Origin: Chiloscyllium plagiosum | Taxonomy: Eukaryota | Direction: 5' to 3' | DNA: 45,256 nucleotides | Assembly (NCBI RefSeq): GCF_004010195.1 | Contig: NC_057719.1 | Location: forward strand, 89,843,562-89,888,817 | Part shown: piece by piece, positions 32,501 through 44,951 of the stretch | Numbering within the stretch: position 1 is the stretch's first letter | Layout of the letters: the number at the start of each line of letters is the position of its first letter | The notes under the pieces: generated by a model | Database searches by the model: none | What the model was told of the DNA's origin: nothing | What the model saw: only the letters and a program-made list of their open reading frames with translations | Made by a program: the position numbers and the translations under genes

Positions 32501-32821
32501 TGATTTAGACTTTATTACTTGTTTCATTACTCTTAATTGCACTTAATAGCTTGTTTCCTGCTGTAGAGCTATTTACCTCCAGTATACTCTGATTTCACTT
32601 GCTGCTTTCCACACATCTGCCCTGTCAGTTTTGCAGCATTGTGCACTTTTTCAATTTGATTTCCCCCTTAATTGCCTTAGACTTGAATAGTGCATCCTCC
32701 TCAGAGTCTTTTTTTTTAAAATGCTGGCCATTCTTTCTTGACTGTCTTGCCTCTTAACCTCGTAGAGTCCTACAGCACAGAGACAGGCCCTTTGGCCCAA
32801 GCTGGTTCAAGCTAACCAAAA

Positions 32822-33133
32822 GGGGCGGAACGGTCGCTCAGTGGTTAGCATTGCTGCCTCACAGTGCCAGGGTCCCAGGTTCGATTCCAGCCTTGGGCAA
32901 CTGTCTGTGTGGAGTTTGCACATTCTCCCCATGTCTGCGTGGGTTTCCTCCAGGTGTTCCGGTTTCCTCCCACATTCTAAAGATGTGCAGGTCAGATGAA
33001 TTGGCCATGCTAAATTGTCCGTAGTTGTTAGGTGTATTAGTCAGAGGGGGGTAGGTTACTCTTCAGAGGGTCGGTGTGGACTTGTTGGGCCGAAGGGCCT
33101 GTTTCCATATTGTAGGGAATCTAATCTAATCTA
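32822..33133 (+). mobile_element. HE1-like V-SINE
   Basis: tRNA-like head, V-domain and (TCTAA)n tail. Confidence 0.9.
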
Positions 33134-33193
33134 AAAAAAGTCCATCCACGCTAACCCCATTTCCCTGCACTTTTGACCCATATTCTTCTAAGT

Positions 33194-33436
33194 TGAGAAT
33201 GTGGTGCTGACAAAGCACAGCAGGTCAGGCAGCATTCCTGGAGCAGGAGGATTGACATTTCAGGCAAAAGCCCTTTATCAGAAAAGTCCTTCATCATCAT
33301 CATCTATCGAGAAATATTTCAGTTCTAGCCTGAAACATTGATTCTCCTGCTCCTTGGATGCTGCCTGACCTACTGTGCTTTTCCAGCACCACACTCTCGA
33401 CTCTGTTCTCCAGAATCTGCAGTCCTCACTTTCTCC
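33194..33436. mobile_element. Inverted Penelope pLTR insertion
   Basis: aaagcacagcaggtcaggcagcat and its inverse atgctgcctgacctactgtgcttt; ccatattc duplicated at 33178 and 33435. Confidence 0.7.
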
Positions 33437-34929
33437 ATATTCGCTTAAATCTTTCCTATCCATATATTTATCCAAATGCCTTTTAAATATTTTAATGTAT
33501 CCTCCTCAACCATTTCCACCGGCAGCTCATTTCACATGCACACCACCTTCTGTGTATAATAAAAAGCTGCCCCTCAGGTTCCCTTTATTCTTTCCCCTCT
33601 GACCTTAAACTGATTCCCTCCAGCCCTTGATTTCCCAACCCTAGGGAAAAGACTAAGTGCATTCACCCTCTCCATGCTGCTCATGATCTTATACATTTCT
33701 ATAAGATCCCCCCTCAATCTCTTAAGCTGTAAAGAAAAAGTCCTAGCTTGGTCAACCTCTCCCTATAACTCAGACCCTTGAGTCCTGGCAACTTCCCAAC
33801 TTTTATACTCAGTCCCCTGACTGATGAAGGCCAGTGTGCCAAAAGCCTTCTTCACTGCCCTGTCTACCTGTGACTCCACCTTCAGAGAACCGTGCACCTG
33901 AACTCCAAGATCCCTCTATTCCAATACACTCCTTAAGGTCCTACCATTCACCATCATATTCTTACCTTGATTTGACTTTCCAAAATGCAAGATCTCACAC
34001 TTATCTATATTAAACTCCATTTGTCATTCCTCAGCCCACTTCCCCAGCTGGTCGAGATCCTGCTGCAATTTCTGATAACCTTGCTCACTGTCCACAATAC
34101 TGCCTATTTTAGTGTCATCTGTAAATCATGCCTTGTACATTCTCATCCAAATCATTGATGTAGATAACAAACAGTTATGGACTCAGCACCTATTTTCTCA
34201 ATTCACTGTAGCCAGTTGTCATACCTCTTAACTTGCTTTTATTTAGGTTTAAAGATGCTGTTTTGGCCCACATTTTTCATCCTGAAACAAACGTGACATT
34301 CTTTGTTATGATCGTTCTTGCCTAGAGTATCTCTAACTCTGAGATTAAGTAAACTTGCCTCTTTACAGATTACCATGTATAAAGTAGCTTGCTACCTAGT
34401 TGGTTTCAGTATGTGTTGTTCTAAATACACTCTTGCCACCTTCTCTAGGCTAGCTGTATTAATTTGTCCACTCTTAAAAGAAGATTAACATCACCTTCAA
34501 TTATTGCACTAACTTTTAATGAGCGCCCAGTATTTCTTAATTTATACTGGGGCCTACAGTGTATCTACTAATCTCACCAGTGACATCTTTCCTTTGCTAT
34601 GTCTTATTTCTACCCAAACTGATTGTACATTTTGAACCAAGATTATTTCTCAGGATGGTATTGAGCTCATGCTTTAACTACAGAGCGACTCCACCTCCTT
34701 CCCCTTTCCCTTTCTTTTTATCTTTCTGAAATTCAAACGCACCTTGATCAAGGCTAAAAACTGAATATCCATTTTTATTACTCTTGCTCCTAATGGCTCT
34801 TGAAATGAAAATATGAACTTTGCAAAACGTTAGTGTTTTAGTAATTCTTTAACACAGTTTTTACACCAGCGTAAATGTTTGTTTTTGTCGATGTATTTTA
34901 TAAATGGAATTCTCGTTTTTATTTTCCAG

Positions 34930-35011
34930 GACCAGTTATTGTTTTGTGATGACTGTGATCGTGGCTATCACATGTACTGTCTAAACCCACCAATGGCACA
35001 GCCTCCAGAAG
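34930..35011 (+). CDS. DPF3: DPF3b exon: PHD2 core
   Basis: Acceptor ttttccag|gac and donor gaag|gtagag; 82 nt, phase 0 in. Translates [27 protein letters not shown]. Not in the ORF track; found by reading. Confidence 0.95.
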
Positions 35012-35616
35012 GTAGAGTATTACCCTGATGAGCAAGACTTGCTTGTAAAAATCATTAGATGTCTTTGTCTCTGAAGTGAGCTCTCATTTCCTTGCTTGAC
35101 TCAACTGAGTGTTGTCACCTCAATGTGGACGCATTGGTTTTCTCCATTTGTCTTCCAAAGTTCCCATGCAATATCAGTTTCTGTCCTTGCCCCATTTTTT
35201 CAATATCAAGTGAATTCTCTTTTAACATCTTTTTTTTAAATTTGCTCTTGTGAATGAGTGTTGTTGGGAAGTTCAGCCTTTGTTGCCCATCCCTCCTTCC
35301 TCTTGAGAAACATTCAGTAAACGTGACTGGAATAAAGTGATGCTGATGCCATTGGATCTCCTTTTACACTGTTTCCACATGCAATAGATTGGCTGTGTAA
35401 AGCACTAAGATCTTTCTGCTTTGTTGCAGTCTGGAGGTCTGGTAGTTCATATCACTGCACTGTCTGCCTGTATATGGCATTATGACTGGATTTGACTTTG
35501 TCAGTCCCTGATATATACCCACACAGGTGGTGAGTCAATGCAAGAAACTTGACTGTTATTTTCAGTCTTAGAATCATCAAGTGCCCTGTAGCCATAACCA
35601 ACTTGGTTGAACCAAT

Positions 35617-35727
35617 TACTGCGAGCTGCACTGGGAGTTTATGTTTGTGAATGGTGTGTGATACTGTGAGCTGTACTGGGAGTTTTGCTTGAGTGATTTG
35701 TGATACTGAGGCCTGCACTGAGAGTTT
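35617..35727 (+). repeat. Three-copy degenerate minisatellite (period 42-45 bp)
   Basis: tactg(c/t)gagctg(c/t)actgggagttt-like units start at 35617, 35662 and 35704. Confidence 0.7.
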
Positions 35728-35761
35728 GGATTTTAAATGCTACATTCTTTCCAACCTGCAG

Positions 35762-35832
35762 GAAGCTGGAGTTGCCACTTGTGCCTGAAACAACTGAAGG
35801 AAAAGGCTTCTGGTTATGTGAACAAACCCTGA
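35762..35832 (+). CDS. DPF3: DPF3b terminal coding exon
   Basis: Acceptor ccaacctgcag|ga. Translates [23 protein letters not shown] with TGA at 35830-35832, completing PHD2. Confidence 0.94.
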
Positions 35833-36999
35833 TTTAGTGTCATCATTTTTTTAAAACATATATATATATATATTTTTAAGATTAGTTTTATTTAGGTGCA
35901 TGTGATCAGTGTTCAACATGTTTGCACGGTGGAGCTAAAAGAAAATGAACCTGTTTTTGTTTCATTCATTGAAGCAAAGTAAACCATTGGTCATCTAGCA
36001 CATATTTCAATGCTGCAATCAACCCAGGTCTGCTTCTTGTCAGCTGCCATTAGGTGTCAATGTTATGGCCAGTAAATATTCAGTTTTAAAATATTCAGTG
36101 TTTAAAATTTGCTGTGGTTACATTTTAACATGACTTTAATCCTCCATTTCCTAGGTTTTCATTCACTTTAACTTTAAAAGACATGTGGTCACCACAATAT
36201 TTTACAGAATTCCATGATTTTTGATGATTTAGTAACTGGAATGACTTCTCAAATTCCAGTTTTAACGAAGACTGCGAAAATCTGCCAAGTATTATTTCTT
36301 CTATAACATGGAGTTTTACAAAACAATTGAAAAACGCAATCAAAATGTTCATACTGATACTTGTTTATTAATGCAGATACATTTCAACAAAACAAACTTA
36401 AGTGTGTAATCCATAAAACCTTTCAAATATAAATGTTAACCACGTGTTGCTACTAGCAAACGCCATTCTAAAACCAAAAGCCAATTCTAAACACTGATTA
36501 TTTTAATACTCTACACTACAGATAAAAGCCTCAGTGTTATTTTAAACTTGAAAGCTTTACATTTCAACAGCATTAGTATTTTTATATATCTTCTTTATGA
36601 ACCTTAAAAACTGTCTTTATTTTCTTAATAGGCTGCCGATCCATTTATGTTTGTATATATGATAAACAGTGATTGCAGAGGGTATTTATGGGTCTTTTTG
36701 TATTGTTCAGAGGGGACCTACAATATGATCCTTCTCTGCTGTTTCATTCCTACACACCTCTACACTCTAAGATAAGCTGCTGAAAATCCCGTCAGTCTTT
36801 AAATAGTGAGCATTTCTGTGCTTTAGCGCCATTTCTTAGTGAGTTAAGAGAAGCCAATAATCCAGAATATTAGCATGTCCTCAACAGTATTTTTGCCTAA
36901 TACAAATGTGAAAATAGTGTTAGTTCAAAGATGTTTATATCCTTGACACAGCCTTTCAACATACTTTCTTGTTGTTGTAGACCAGGAATTGGGAACACT

Positions 37000-37225
37000 G
37001 TGGGATGTATTGGGAGTGCTGCGCTGTCAAAGAAGTCTTCTTTCAAATGAGATGTTAAACTGTTTGTGCTGGTCAAGGAAATGATCCAATGGTCAGTATC
37101 AAAAGGCCAGCCAAGTTCTGATGTCTTAACTGATGCTTAGCTCTCGATCAGCATCACAAAATCAGACGATCTGATCATTATCACATTGCTCTTTGTGGAA
37201 ACTTGCTGTGCATGCTTTGGGTGCT
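37000..37225 (+). mobile_element. Ancient Deu-domain SINE remnant downstream of the DPF3b stop
   Basis: gggagtgctgcgctgtc...ctttcaaatgagatgttaaac...atctgatcattatcacattgctctttgtggaaacttgctgtgc. Confidence 0.7.
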
Positions 37226-37879
37226 ATAAGGTCATGTAATATTACATGATGTAGACTGTACCTCTTCCTATGATGTACACTGTCTGATTAGCATTTCATT
37301 GTTAGAATTAATCAATTAAACTACCAAATGAATTATCCAAAAAATTCATGTTGAAGCCTCCCCCCCCCCCTCAAATATTGCCATTCTTGTCTTCTCACTC
37401 ACTTGTAACAAATCACAGAATTGTGAACAATTCCTTACACGGTGCTACTGAGTCAGTTGTAATGTTGAAATCAGTCTGCTCAGATGAAGTTACAAACTTT
37501 ACTGGATGAAAACGGCAATTCGATTTAGATTACCACAGAACTGGTAGTATGGGTTGCACTTTGGGTATGGAAGCTCTTGCTGCTTATAATGCTGCCTCAT
37601 TACCAAGGTTGACCCTGACTAATTTAGGAGTTTAATTATTCTGTTAGGTAGCACCACAGTGAAACTCCAGCAGACCTCCAGTCTGGGCTCTAGTTGGTGT
37701 CTTAAGGCAATTAAAGAAAATCGATGCAAATTTTGTGAGGTGCCAAAGAGGTTCCCCAAAAACCCTCACTGCTGTGTTGCTAATGAATGTTCTTTATGCC
37801 TGCAATATCTTTGATAAAAGATTACTAGATGTAGACCCTACTTAATTGCCAGGCTCAATTATAGTACTTCTCAATTTTA

Positions 37880-38200
37880 TTTATTCATTCATGGGATGAG
37901 TGCATTGCTGGCCAGCATTTATTGCCATCCCTGATCGTCCAAGAGGGCAGTTGAGTCCACCACATTGCTGTGGGTCTGGAGTTACCTGTAGGCCATACCA
38001 GGTATATATGGTAGTTTCCTTCCCTGAAAGACATTAGTAACCCAGAAAGGTTTTTCCTGACCATCGACAATCGATTTGTGGTCATCATGCAGCACCTAAT
38101 TTCAGATTTTTATTGGATTCAAATTCCACCATCTGCCATGGCAGGATTCAAACTGGGACTGCCAGATCATTACCTGGGTCTGTGGATTGACAGTCTAGTG
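37880..38200 (-). mobile_element. tRNA-headed SINE, same family as 24960-25292
   Basis: Shared cacattgctgtgggtctggagt and caaattc(c/t)accatctgccatggcaggatt blocks; (ATTC)n tail on +. Confidence 0.7.
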
Positions 38201-38269
38201 ATTATGTGTTCCTCTTTGGTGTCTGCAAAGTTGATTTTTTTACTTGTATCTTAATGGCATGTGATCATT

Positions 38270-38700
38270 GATGGCTGGACCACCATTTATTGCTGATCCT
38301 AATTGCCTTGATAAATGTGGTGAGGATCCTTCTTAGAGTCTTGCAAACCATGTGATGTAGATACACCCACAGTACTGTTAGTGTAGGGATTTTGACCAGG
38401 TGATTCTGAAAAAAAATGGCAATATTTTTCCAGATCAGGATGATGTGTGGCTTGGAAGGGAACATGCAACTGGTGGTGTTCCCACGTATCTGCTGCCCTT
38501 GTCCTTCTGGATAGTAGAGGCTGCAATGTTGAAAGATGCAATTGAACAAGCCTTGGTGAATTGTTTTAAGTGTATTTGTAGATCCTTTGGAGTCAAAGGG
38601 AGTGGAAGTTGAAGATGGCAGTACCAGATAAGTGGGTTGCGTTGCTCTGGATGAATTTGAGTTCCTTGCATGTAATAGAGCTGCATCCATCTAGGCAATC
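38270..38700 (-). mobile_element. CR1/L2-group LINE 3' fragment sharing its tail with the adjacent SINE family
   Basis: HLSTLQPLLSRRTRAA in the minus ORF; catttattgctgatcctaattgcc tail motif. Confidence 0.55.
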
Positions 38701-39253
38701 CTGACCTTCTCTATGAAAATTCAAGATGGGAAATAAATAAATAATATGTAATGCAATGGCCAACAAGTAAAAAGAATCACCAGCTAACATCTCTATTTGT
38801 GAACTGATGGAAGTTATTCTGAGACCTTAGAAGGGGGGATTTGTAACCCCATGTCTCCTTTTTAATCTGGTATATAAGTGACCAGCCAGGTTTTGAGCTT
38901 CGGGAAGCCTGTCAGCTAAATGGAGGTGAGGGATTGCTGCTTTGGAGGTAAGTGCTTTTGAAAGTGTAAGGTCATTTGTGTTCTGAAGAAGAGAATGCTA
39001 GCAGAGCAGGCTGGACTCGAAGTATGACCTACTACTCCCAGAGCTTATTCAGTTAGGATTGTTGACTTGATGCCAATCCAACAAGTTTCAGAAGACCCCA
39101 GGTCAGACAATGGACATTAAATCAGCCTTTCCCAATTGAGCAACAATGCAGGTATGACACCAATAACTCTGATTACCTGTACTGAATAGAAGGATCATAT
39201 GGTCTGTTTGATTAATTTGTCCACTTATTGATATTTTGGTCTTCTCTGCTGTG

Positions 39254-40352
39254 TCATAGTTATAGAGTTGTACAGCACGGATACAGGCCCTTCATTCTAA
39301 GTCATCCATGCCAATCAGATATACTAAATCAATGTAGCCCCATTTGCCACCATTTGGCCCGTGTCCCTTGGATCCCATCCTATTTCTGCACCCATCTAGA
39401 TGCCTTTTAAATGTTGTAATTGCACCAGCCTCCACCACTTCCTGCTGCAGCTCATCCATACATGCACCACCCGTTGTCCTGTAGGTCCCTTTTTAAATTG
39501 TTTCCCTCTCACCTTAAACTTATGGCCCTTGGTTTTGGACTCCCCTACCCTGGGAAAAAGACATTGATTGGGTGACTATCCAATGTCCGTCATGATTTTA
39601 TAAACCTCCATAAGGGTCACCCTTAAGCCTCCGATGCTTTAGGGAAAATAGCCCCAGTCTATTCAGCCTCTCCCTATAGTCCAAACTCTCCAACTTCGGC
39701 AACATCCTTGTAAATCTTTTCTGCAGTTTTTCAAGTTTAGCAATATCTTTCAGAAAGCAGGGAGACCAGAACTGAATGCTGTATTCCAAAAGTGGTCTAA
39801 CCAATGTCCTGCACAGCCATAATATGACACCCCAAATTGTAAACTCAATGTACTGTCTAATAAAGGCATGTGTACAAAATGCCACCTTCACGACCCTGTC
39901 TACCTTTGACTCCACCTTCAAAAACAAATTATGACCCTTAACCCCAAGGTCTCTTTGGCCCTGATTTGTCTTACCACAATGCAACATCTCACATGTATCT
40001 AAAACTCCATCTGCCACTCCTCAGTCAATTGGCCCATCTGACTCTGAGATACCCTTGGTTTACAGTTCCCAGGCTTCTCCTTACAGTCTTTCTTAAATAA
40101 AGGCACACCATTAGCCACCCTCCAATCTTCTGGCACCTCACCCGTGGCTGTAGATGACACAAATATCTCAGCTAAAGGCCCCACAATTTCTTACCAGGTT
40201 TTCCCACAATGTCCTGGGTGACATCCTGGAGTTTAATTTACCTTTATGCTTTTTTAAGACCTCTTCTGTAATGTGATCTGTGTTTTCATGACATCAATAT
40301 TTGTTTCCCTCAGTTCCCTAGCTTCCATGTCTTTTCCCCACAGTAAATACTG
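39254..40352 (-). mobile_element. CR1 LINE with internal deletions
   Basis: VPEDWRVANGVPLFKK, LVRPLLEYSIQFWSP and FSLKHRRLKGD. Confidence 0.88.
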
Positions 40353-41397
40353 ATTAAAATTTAGAAGTACAATAATTTGGTCAGTGCTACTGCAGTCAGG
40401 TGTCTGGCTTTTCTGTCAGGACAGTTTATTGTGCTCTTTAAATCAGGCTCCCACATCCAAGTTTCAGTTGAACAGTTGCTGATATCAGAGGATTGGGAGG
40501 TGCGGGGAACCTGGTTATGAAGTAGATAGGAGCAACTCGGTGAATGTGAGTAGTTTTTATTACCTTTCATGCGGAGCAGGAGCAGTTTTCCTTTCAGTTC
40601 CACCATTACAAACTGATCACTCGATGCAACTTGCAGATTTCTCTCCCCTCCACCCCAAACCCCCACCGCCACCACCTTGTTAAAATATTGGTCATTTTGT
40701 TGTAGGTTTTGCTACGTGACTCTAAGGAGCCCCAAAGGACCATAAGAATCTTTCCATGATGTTTTAAATAAAGACAGTTAGTTATGTTATAGATTAGGGT
40801 AACTACCCTGTAAGAGTGAGGTATGGTGAGGAGATCAGCTTCCATTAAACTACCACATCCAACATAAAGATTGGACCTACACTGCCGGCCTTATTTTGCA
40901 CCCCACTCTAGTCATCTAGCCAGTTGATCTAACTAACCACTGCTTGACTTAGATTCCAGCTCAAAGCATGAAGGCTATTTATTTGGTAAGGATTGGGATG
41001 AAGGAAAAGCGTTATGCTGTCTTGTTCCTGAGCTTCAAAATAATCTGCTGCCGTAACAGTACTTACAATAGTGTCACTACAATTGCTAAAGAGTATATTC
41101 TCCAGTGGAAACACCTTTTGCATGAACCTTAACATTGCATATGGCAATTTAGATTCATTATTTTGTTTGGTCAAGCTATTGTTTGTTTCTGAAAATGAAA
41201 GTTAATTCAGTGCTGTCCTTACAGCTGCTGTCTGAAACAGGATCACTGGTAATGGATAGCAAACGTTTTCAACTGAAGTATAACTGAAGGAGTTTTCTTT
41301 TGAATGTCCGTTATAAACGACCATTTGTCTGTCTTTTTGTTTGTCTAGTAATACTTATTTTGTATGACATTACTTTTGTAACCTGAATATCCAATGG

Positions 41398-41403
41398 AAT
41401 AAA
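41398..41403 (+). promoter_or_regulatory. Candidate distal polyadenylation signal for DPF3b
   Basis: AATAAA at the end of a U-rich non-repeat block (41150-41420) with tgtttggtgtca downstream; no transcript evidence. Confidence 0.3.
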
Positions 41404-42174
41404 GTCACAAATGTTTGGTGTCACATGAGATAGATATTGTTCGAGATACCCTGTCGTTCTGTTAGTTACTTACAGTGCAGACAAACAGTACAGTGTGATA
41501 TTATTATACAATTTTGGGAACTGCTGTTAAATGTCCACGCAGTTAATTGAATATGTAATTTAATGGGTTGTTTCTTCCTAAAGAAAATTCATGTATAAAC
41601 TATAGTTTGCAAAGAAAAACAATCATAAGTAATACATATGTTTCTTAATTCTTCAAACTTGCAGCAATTCAAGATTTGTTTTCACAGTCCTTTTAACAAA
41701 GAAAAACCAAAGGATCCTTGGATTCTTTAAATCCTTTGGAAAAGGAAGGTCTATTCTTAATAGGCCCTTCTTATACAGAATGACCTTGTTGACTAACATT
41801 GGCCTGTCAGTTTAAGGTTTCATGGTTGCAGTTGATACCCAGCTTTGCCACACACTGACTTTTGGAGACCGACATGCTCAGTTGTGCCATAATATCCACT
41901 GTTGGTGATTCCGAGACTCTTGCTCCTCCTTCATGAACAATATAGCAAAGTGAATTGTCTGTTCCTGTTATACAGATCATGAGTAGAGATTGGTTAGGGT
42001 TGTTGCAGAACAAAAATAAAACTCTGGAAACAAAGATACAGGAGTGCAGATCATCACTGTGATGGAGGAGAGGATACTGGACATCATTGCCATACTGGAA
42101 ATCATGACCATCAGGTGGGGCAGATTTTCCCCAAATCCTTCTCCATGCGTTTTTACTGATTTAAAATTGTAAAG

Positions 42175-42298
42175 GGTTCAAGGATGTATTTTGGAGAAAT
42201 ATGGGCCAGGAGCAGGCAACTGGGACTAGTTTAGGATTATGCTTAGTGTGGACTGGTTAGACTGAAGGGTCTGCTTCTGTGATTTATGACTCTGCGAT
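42175..42298 (+). mobile_element. CR1 3' tail
   Basis: ggactggttagactgaagggtctgcttctgtgatttatgactct. Confidence 0.55.
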
Positions 42299-42594
42299 GA
42301 TGCCTCACCTCCCATCACTGTGTGTGCGGATTTCAAATACCCAGGAACTCAAGCCTGGCCGGGTGGTAGTTCAAGAAAAAAAGACTGAAAATAAAGATGT
42401 ACTGGTTCTTACTATGATGCTGGTAGCCACCAGATCATTTACGGATACCATGCTCTTTAGAAGAGGGGTAGGCACTTGATGAGTGTGCTCTACAAACAGA
42501 CTAAGAGAATGTAGTATCAGTACCAACTTGCTGGTAGGTGGTTGTACACTTGTTCTGCTGCAGAAGACTCGAATGAAGATTTTGGAGGGGTATG

Positions 42595-42825
42595 CTATCC
42601 ACAATCTCATCACCTCAACCCCATCCTCCGCCTCAAACCTCATAGTTGCCCAACCCCAAACCACGTTTCTATCTCTTACCAAAATCCACAAAACTGACTG
42701 CCCTTGTCAACAGATTGTCTCTGCCTGCTCCTGCCCTGCCCCACTGAACTCATCTCTGCTTAACTCTGTCCTATTCCCCTTGGTCCAGGAACTCTCTACA
42801 TATTTGAGATATCACCCATACCCTC
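42595..42825 (+). mobile_element. Penelope RT N-terminal fragment
   Basis: LSLTKIHKTDCPCQQIVSACSCP matches the Penelope RT motif LPKIHK...RPIVS. Confidence 0.75.
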
Positions 42826-42847
42826 CACCTCCTCCCCCTCAAATTTT

Positions 42848-44838
42848 TAATGGATGCACTTTCTAGGTGGTTGGCCCTTAGGGCACATCATATGATTATA
42901 GGGGTTAACTTCAATCGTCTTATGGACTCCGAGGTAGACAGGATGCCCAGAGGTCTCATGGGCATATCCCCGCAATCCAGACAACTGGTGGACCTGAGTG
43001 GGGAGTTGGGGCTGGTAGATGTGCGAAGATGTCTTCACCCTGAGAGTAAGGGCTTTACCTTCTTCTCTAACCCACACAGGTGCTACACTAGGATTGACAT
43101 GTTTTTTGCCCTACCAGCCTTTTTGGATTCAGTGCTGTCTCGTAGAATTGGGAACATAGACTTTTCTGACCATACGGCAGTGTATTTGGAGGTTAAGGCC
43201 AGAGGCAATGGGACAGGCTCACAGCATTGGCGCATGGGTCTTTTACTCCTGAAGGACAGTAAATTTATTGAGTACTTCTCGCAAGAATTTAAACTTTTTT
43301 GGGATACTAATTCAGGTACTCAGTAACCCATCAGTGCTCTGTGAGAATGCCAAGACCTATGCAAGGGGTTTGATTCTTACTCGGTCACCCAGAAGCGGCA
43401 GAGGGGAGAGCAGCAGCATATGCTTGAGGCCCAGATAAAGGCAACATACTTTGACAGGCAATCTGTGACCAAGTTGCAGTGGATTACAACCCTCAGGGCT
43501 GCTCTGAACTCTGCGCTCACTCAGACAGCAAAGAGAGTGATCTCTTTTGCGAAACAGAATTTGTTCGAGTATGGTGATTATCCGGATAGATAACTAGCAT
43601 ATCTGGCCAGGAGGAAGCGTGCCCCCCAATCTATCATATCCATCAGACAGTGTGCTGGTACTCTTACTTGCGATTCCAAAGATTAACGCGGCATTTAGGA
43701 AATTCCGTTCTGAGTTGTACTGGTCGGAGGGCTGGTGAGGACAGGTTGGTGAAGGTGGAGTTCTTTTTTAAGAACTTGGACCTCCCAGGTGTAACTTCAG
43801 AGCAGGCGTCCCTTTTGGATATCCTTCTGACAATCCAAGTGATACAGGAGGTGGTGAGGCAGCTCCAAAGTGGTAATGCGCCCGGCCCGGATGGATTTCA
43901 GGACGAGTTTTATAAGGAGTTTATAAACATGCTGGCCGGGCCAATGTTGGACATGTACAATCATTCGTACAGTTAGGACTACCTCCCATCCTGTCTGAGA
44001 GAAGCTAATATCTCCCTTATTCTCAAGAGAGGGACAGCTCCAGAGGATTGTGCTTCGTACAGGCCCATATCACTGTTAAACGTGGATTTTAAAATTCTGT
44101 CGAAAAGGCTGGCACTGAGGTTGGTGAAGGTCTTGCCCTCTGTTGTAAAGGAGGACCAAAATGATTTTATTAAGGGTCACAGGTCCTCTAACAACATTAG
44201 AAGAGTACTCAACATGGTGCAGGTGTGCCAGCAAGGGTCGATTCTGAGCTTGGTAGTCTCCCTGGATGCAGAGAAAGCATTTGACTGGGTGGAGTGGCAG
44301 TACCTCTTTTATGTCCTTGGGACGGCCTTCGCCAGGTGGTGGCAGTATTATATAACGATCCTAAGGCAGTGGTTCTCACTAACAGCATAAGATTAAAACT
44401 GACAATTTTAGTATTGGTAGAGGTAGCCAACAAGGATGCCCTCTCTCACCGCTGCTGTCTATATGAGTGATTGAGCCGCTGGCAGAGACTATCCGGAGGG
44501 ACCCCAATATAGTTGCCCCGGAGGTGAGATCAGGGGGGCATAAAATCATCCTTTATGCAGACAACGTTCTTCTTTTTCGATCTAACCTGACCATATCTGT
44601 GCCCCATTTAATACAAAAGATGAATTTATTTAGCTCTTACACGGGGTATAAAATCCGTTTTATGAAGTCGGAGGCCAAGCCTGTGGAAGTCTTGTCAGAT
44701 TACCCGATCTTGGGGATGGAACCGAATTCCCTTTCAGGTGGTCACAGGGAGGTTTCCTGTATTTAGACATTTTTATTACTCCGGCCTTTGATCAATTGCT
44801 GGAGAAGATAAGATAGGACCTTTAGTGTTGGGAGGCTT
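42848..44838 (+). mobile_element. L1-clade LINE ORF2 fragment (endonuclease plus RT), degenerate
   Basis: FTFFSNPHRCYTRIDMFF, FSDH, APGPDGF, YRPISLLNVDFKILSK, SLDAEKAFD, QGCPLSP and LYADN. Confidence 0.92.
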
Positions 44839-44951
44839 TACACCGACACCACTCCCCACCTTTTCCTCTGCTACATTGATGACTGCATTGGTGCAACCTT
44901 GTGCTCCCACGAGGAGGTTGAGCAGTTCATCAACTTCACCAACACATTCCA
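44839..44951 (+). mobile_element. Penelope RT catalytic-motif fragment
   Basis: Translates YTDTTPHLFLCYIDDCIGATLCSHEEVEQFINFTNTFH (YIDD motif). Confidence 0.78.

Larger units (their letters stand above)
32762..34190 (-). mobile_element. CR1 LINE 3' fragment hosting a SINE and a pLTR insertion
   Basis: Tail tagagtcctacagcacagagacaggccc; ttagtgtcatctg (ADDTK) near 34110. Confidence 0.8.
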
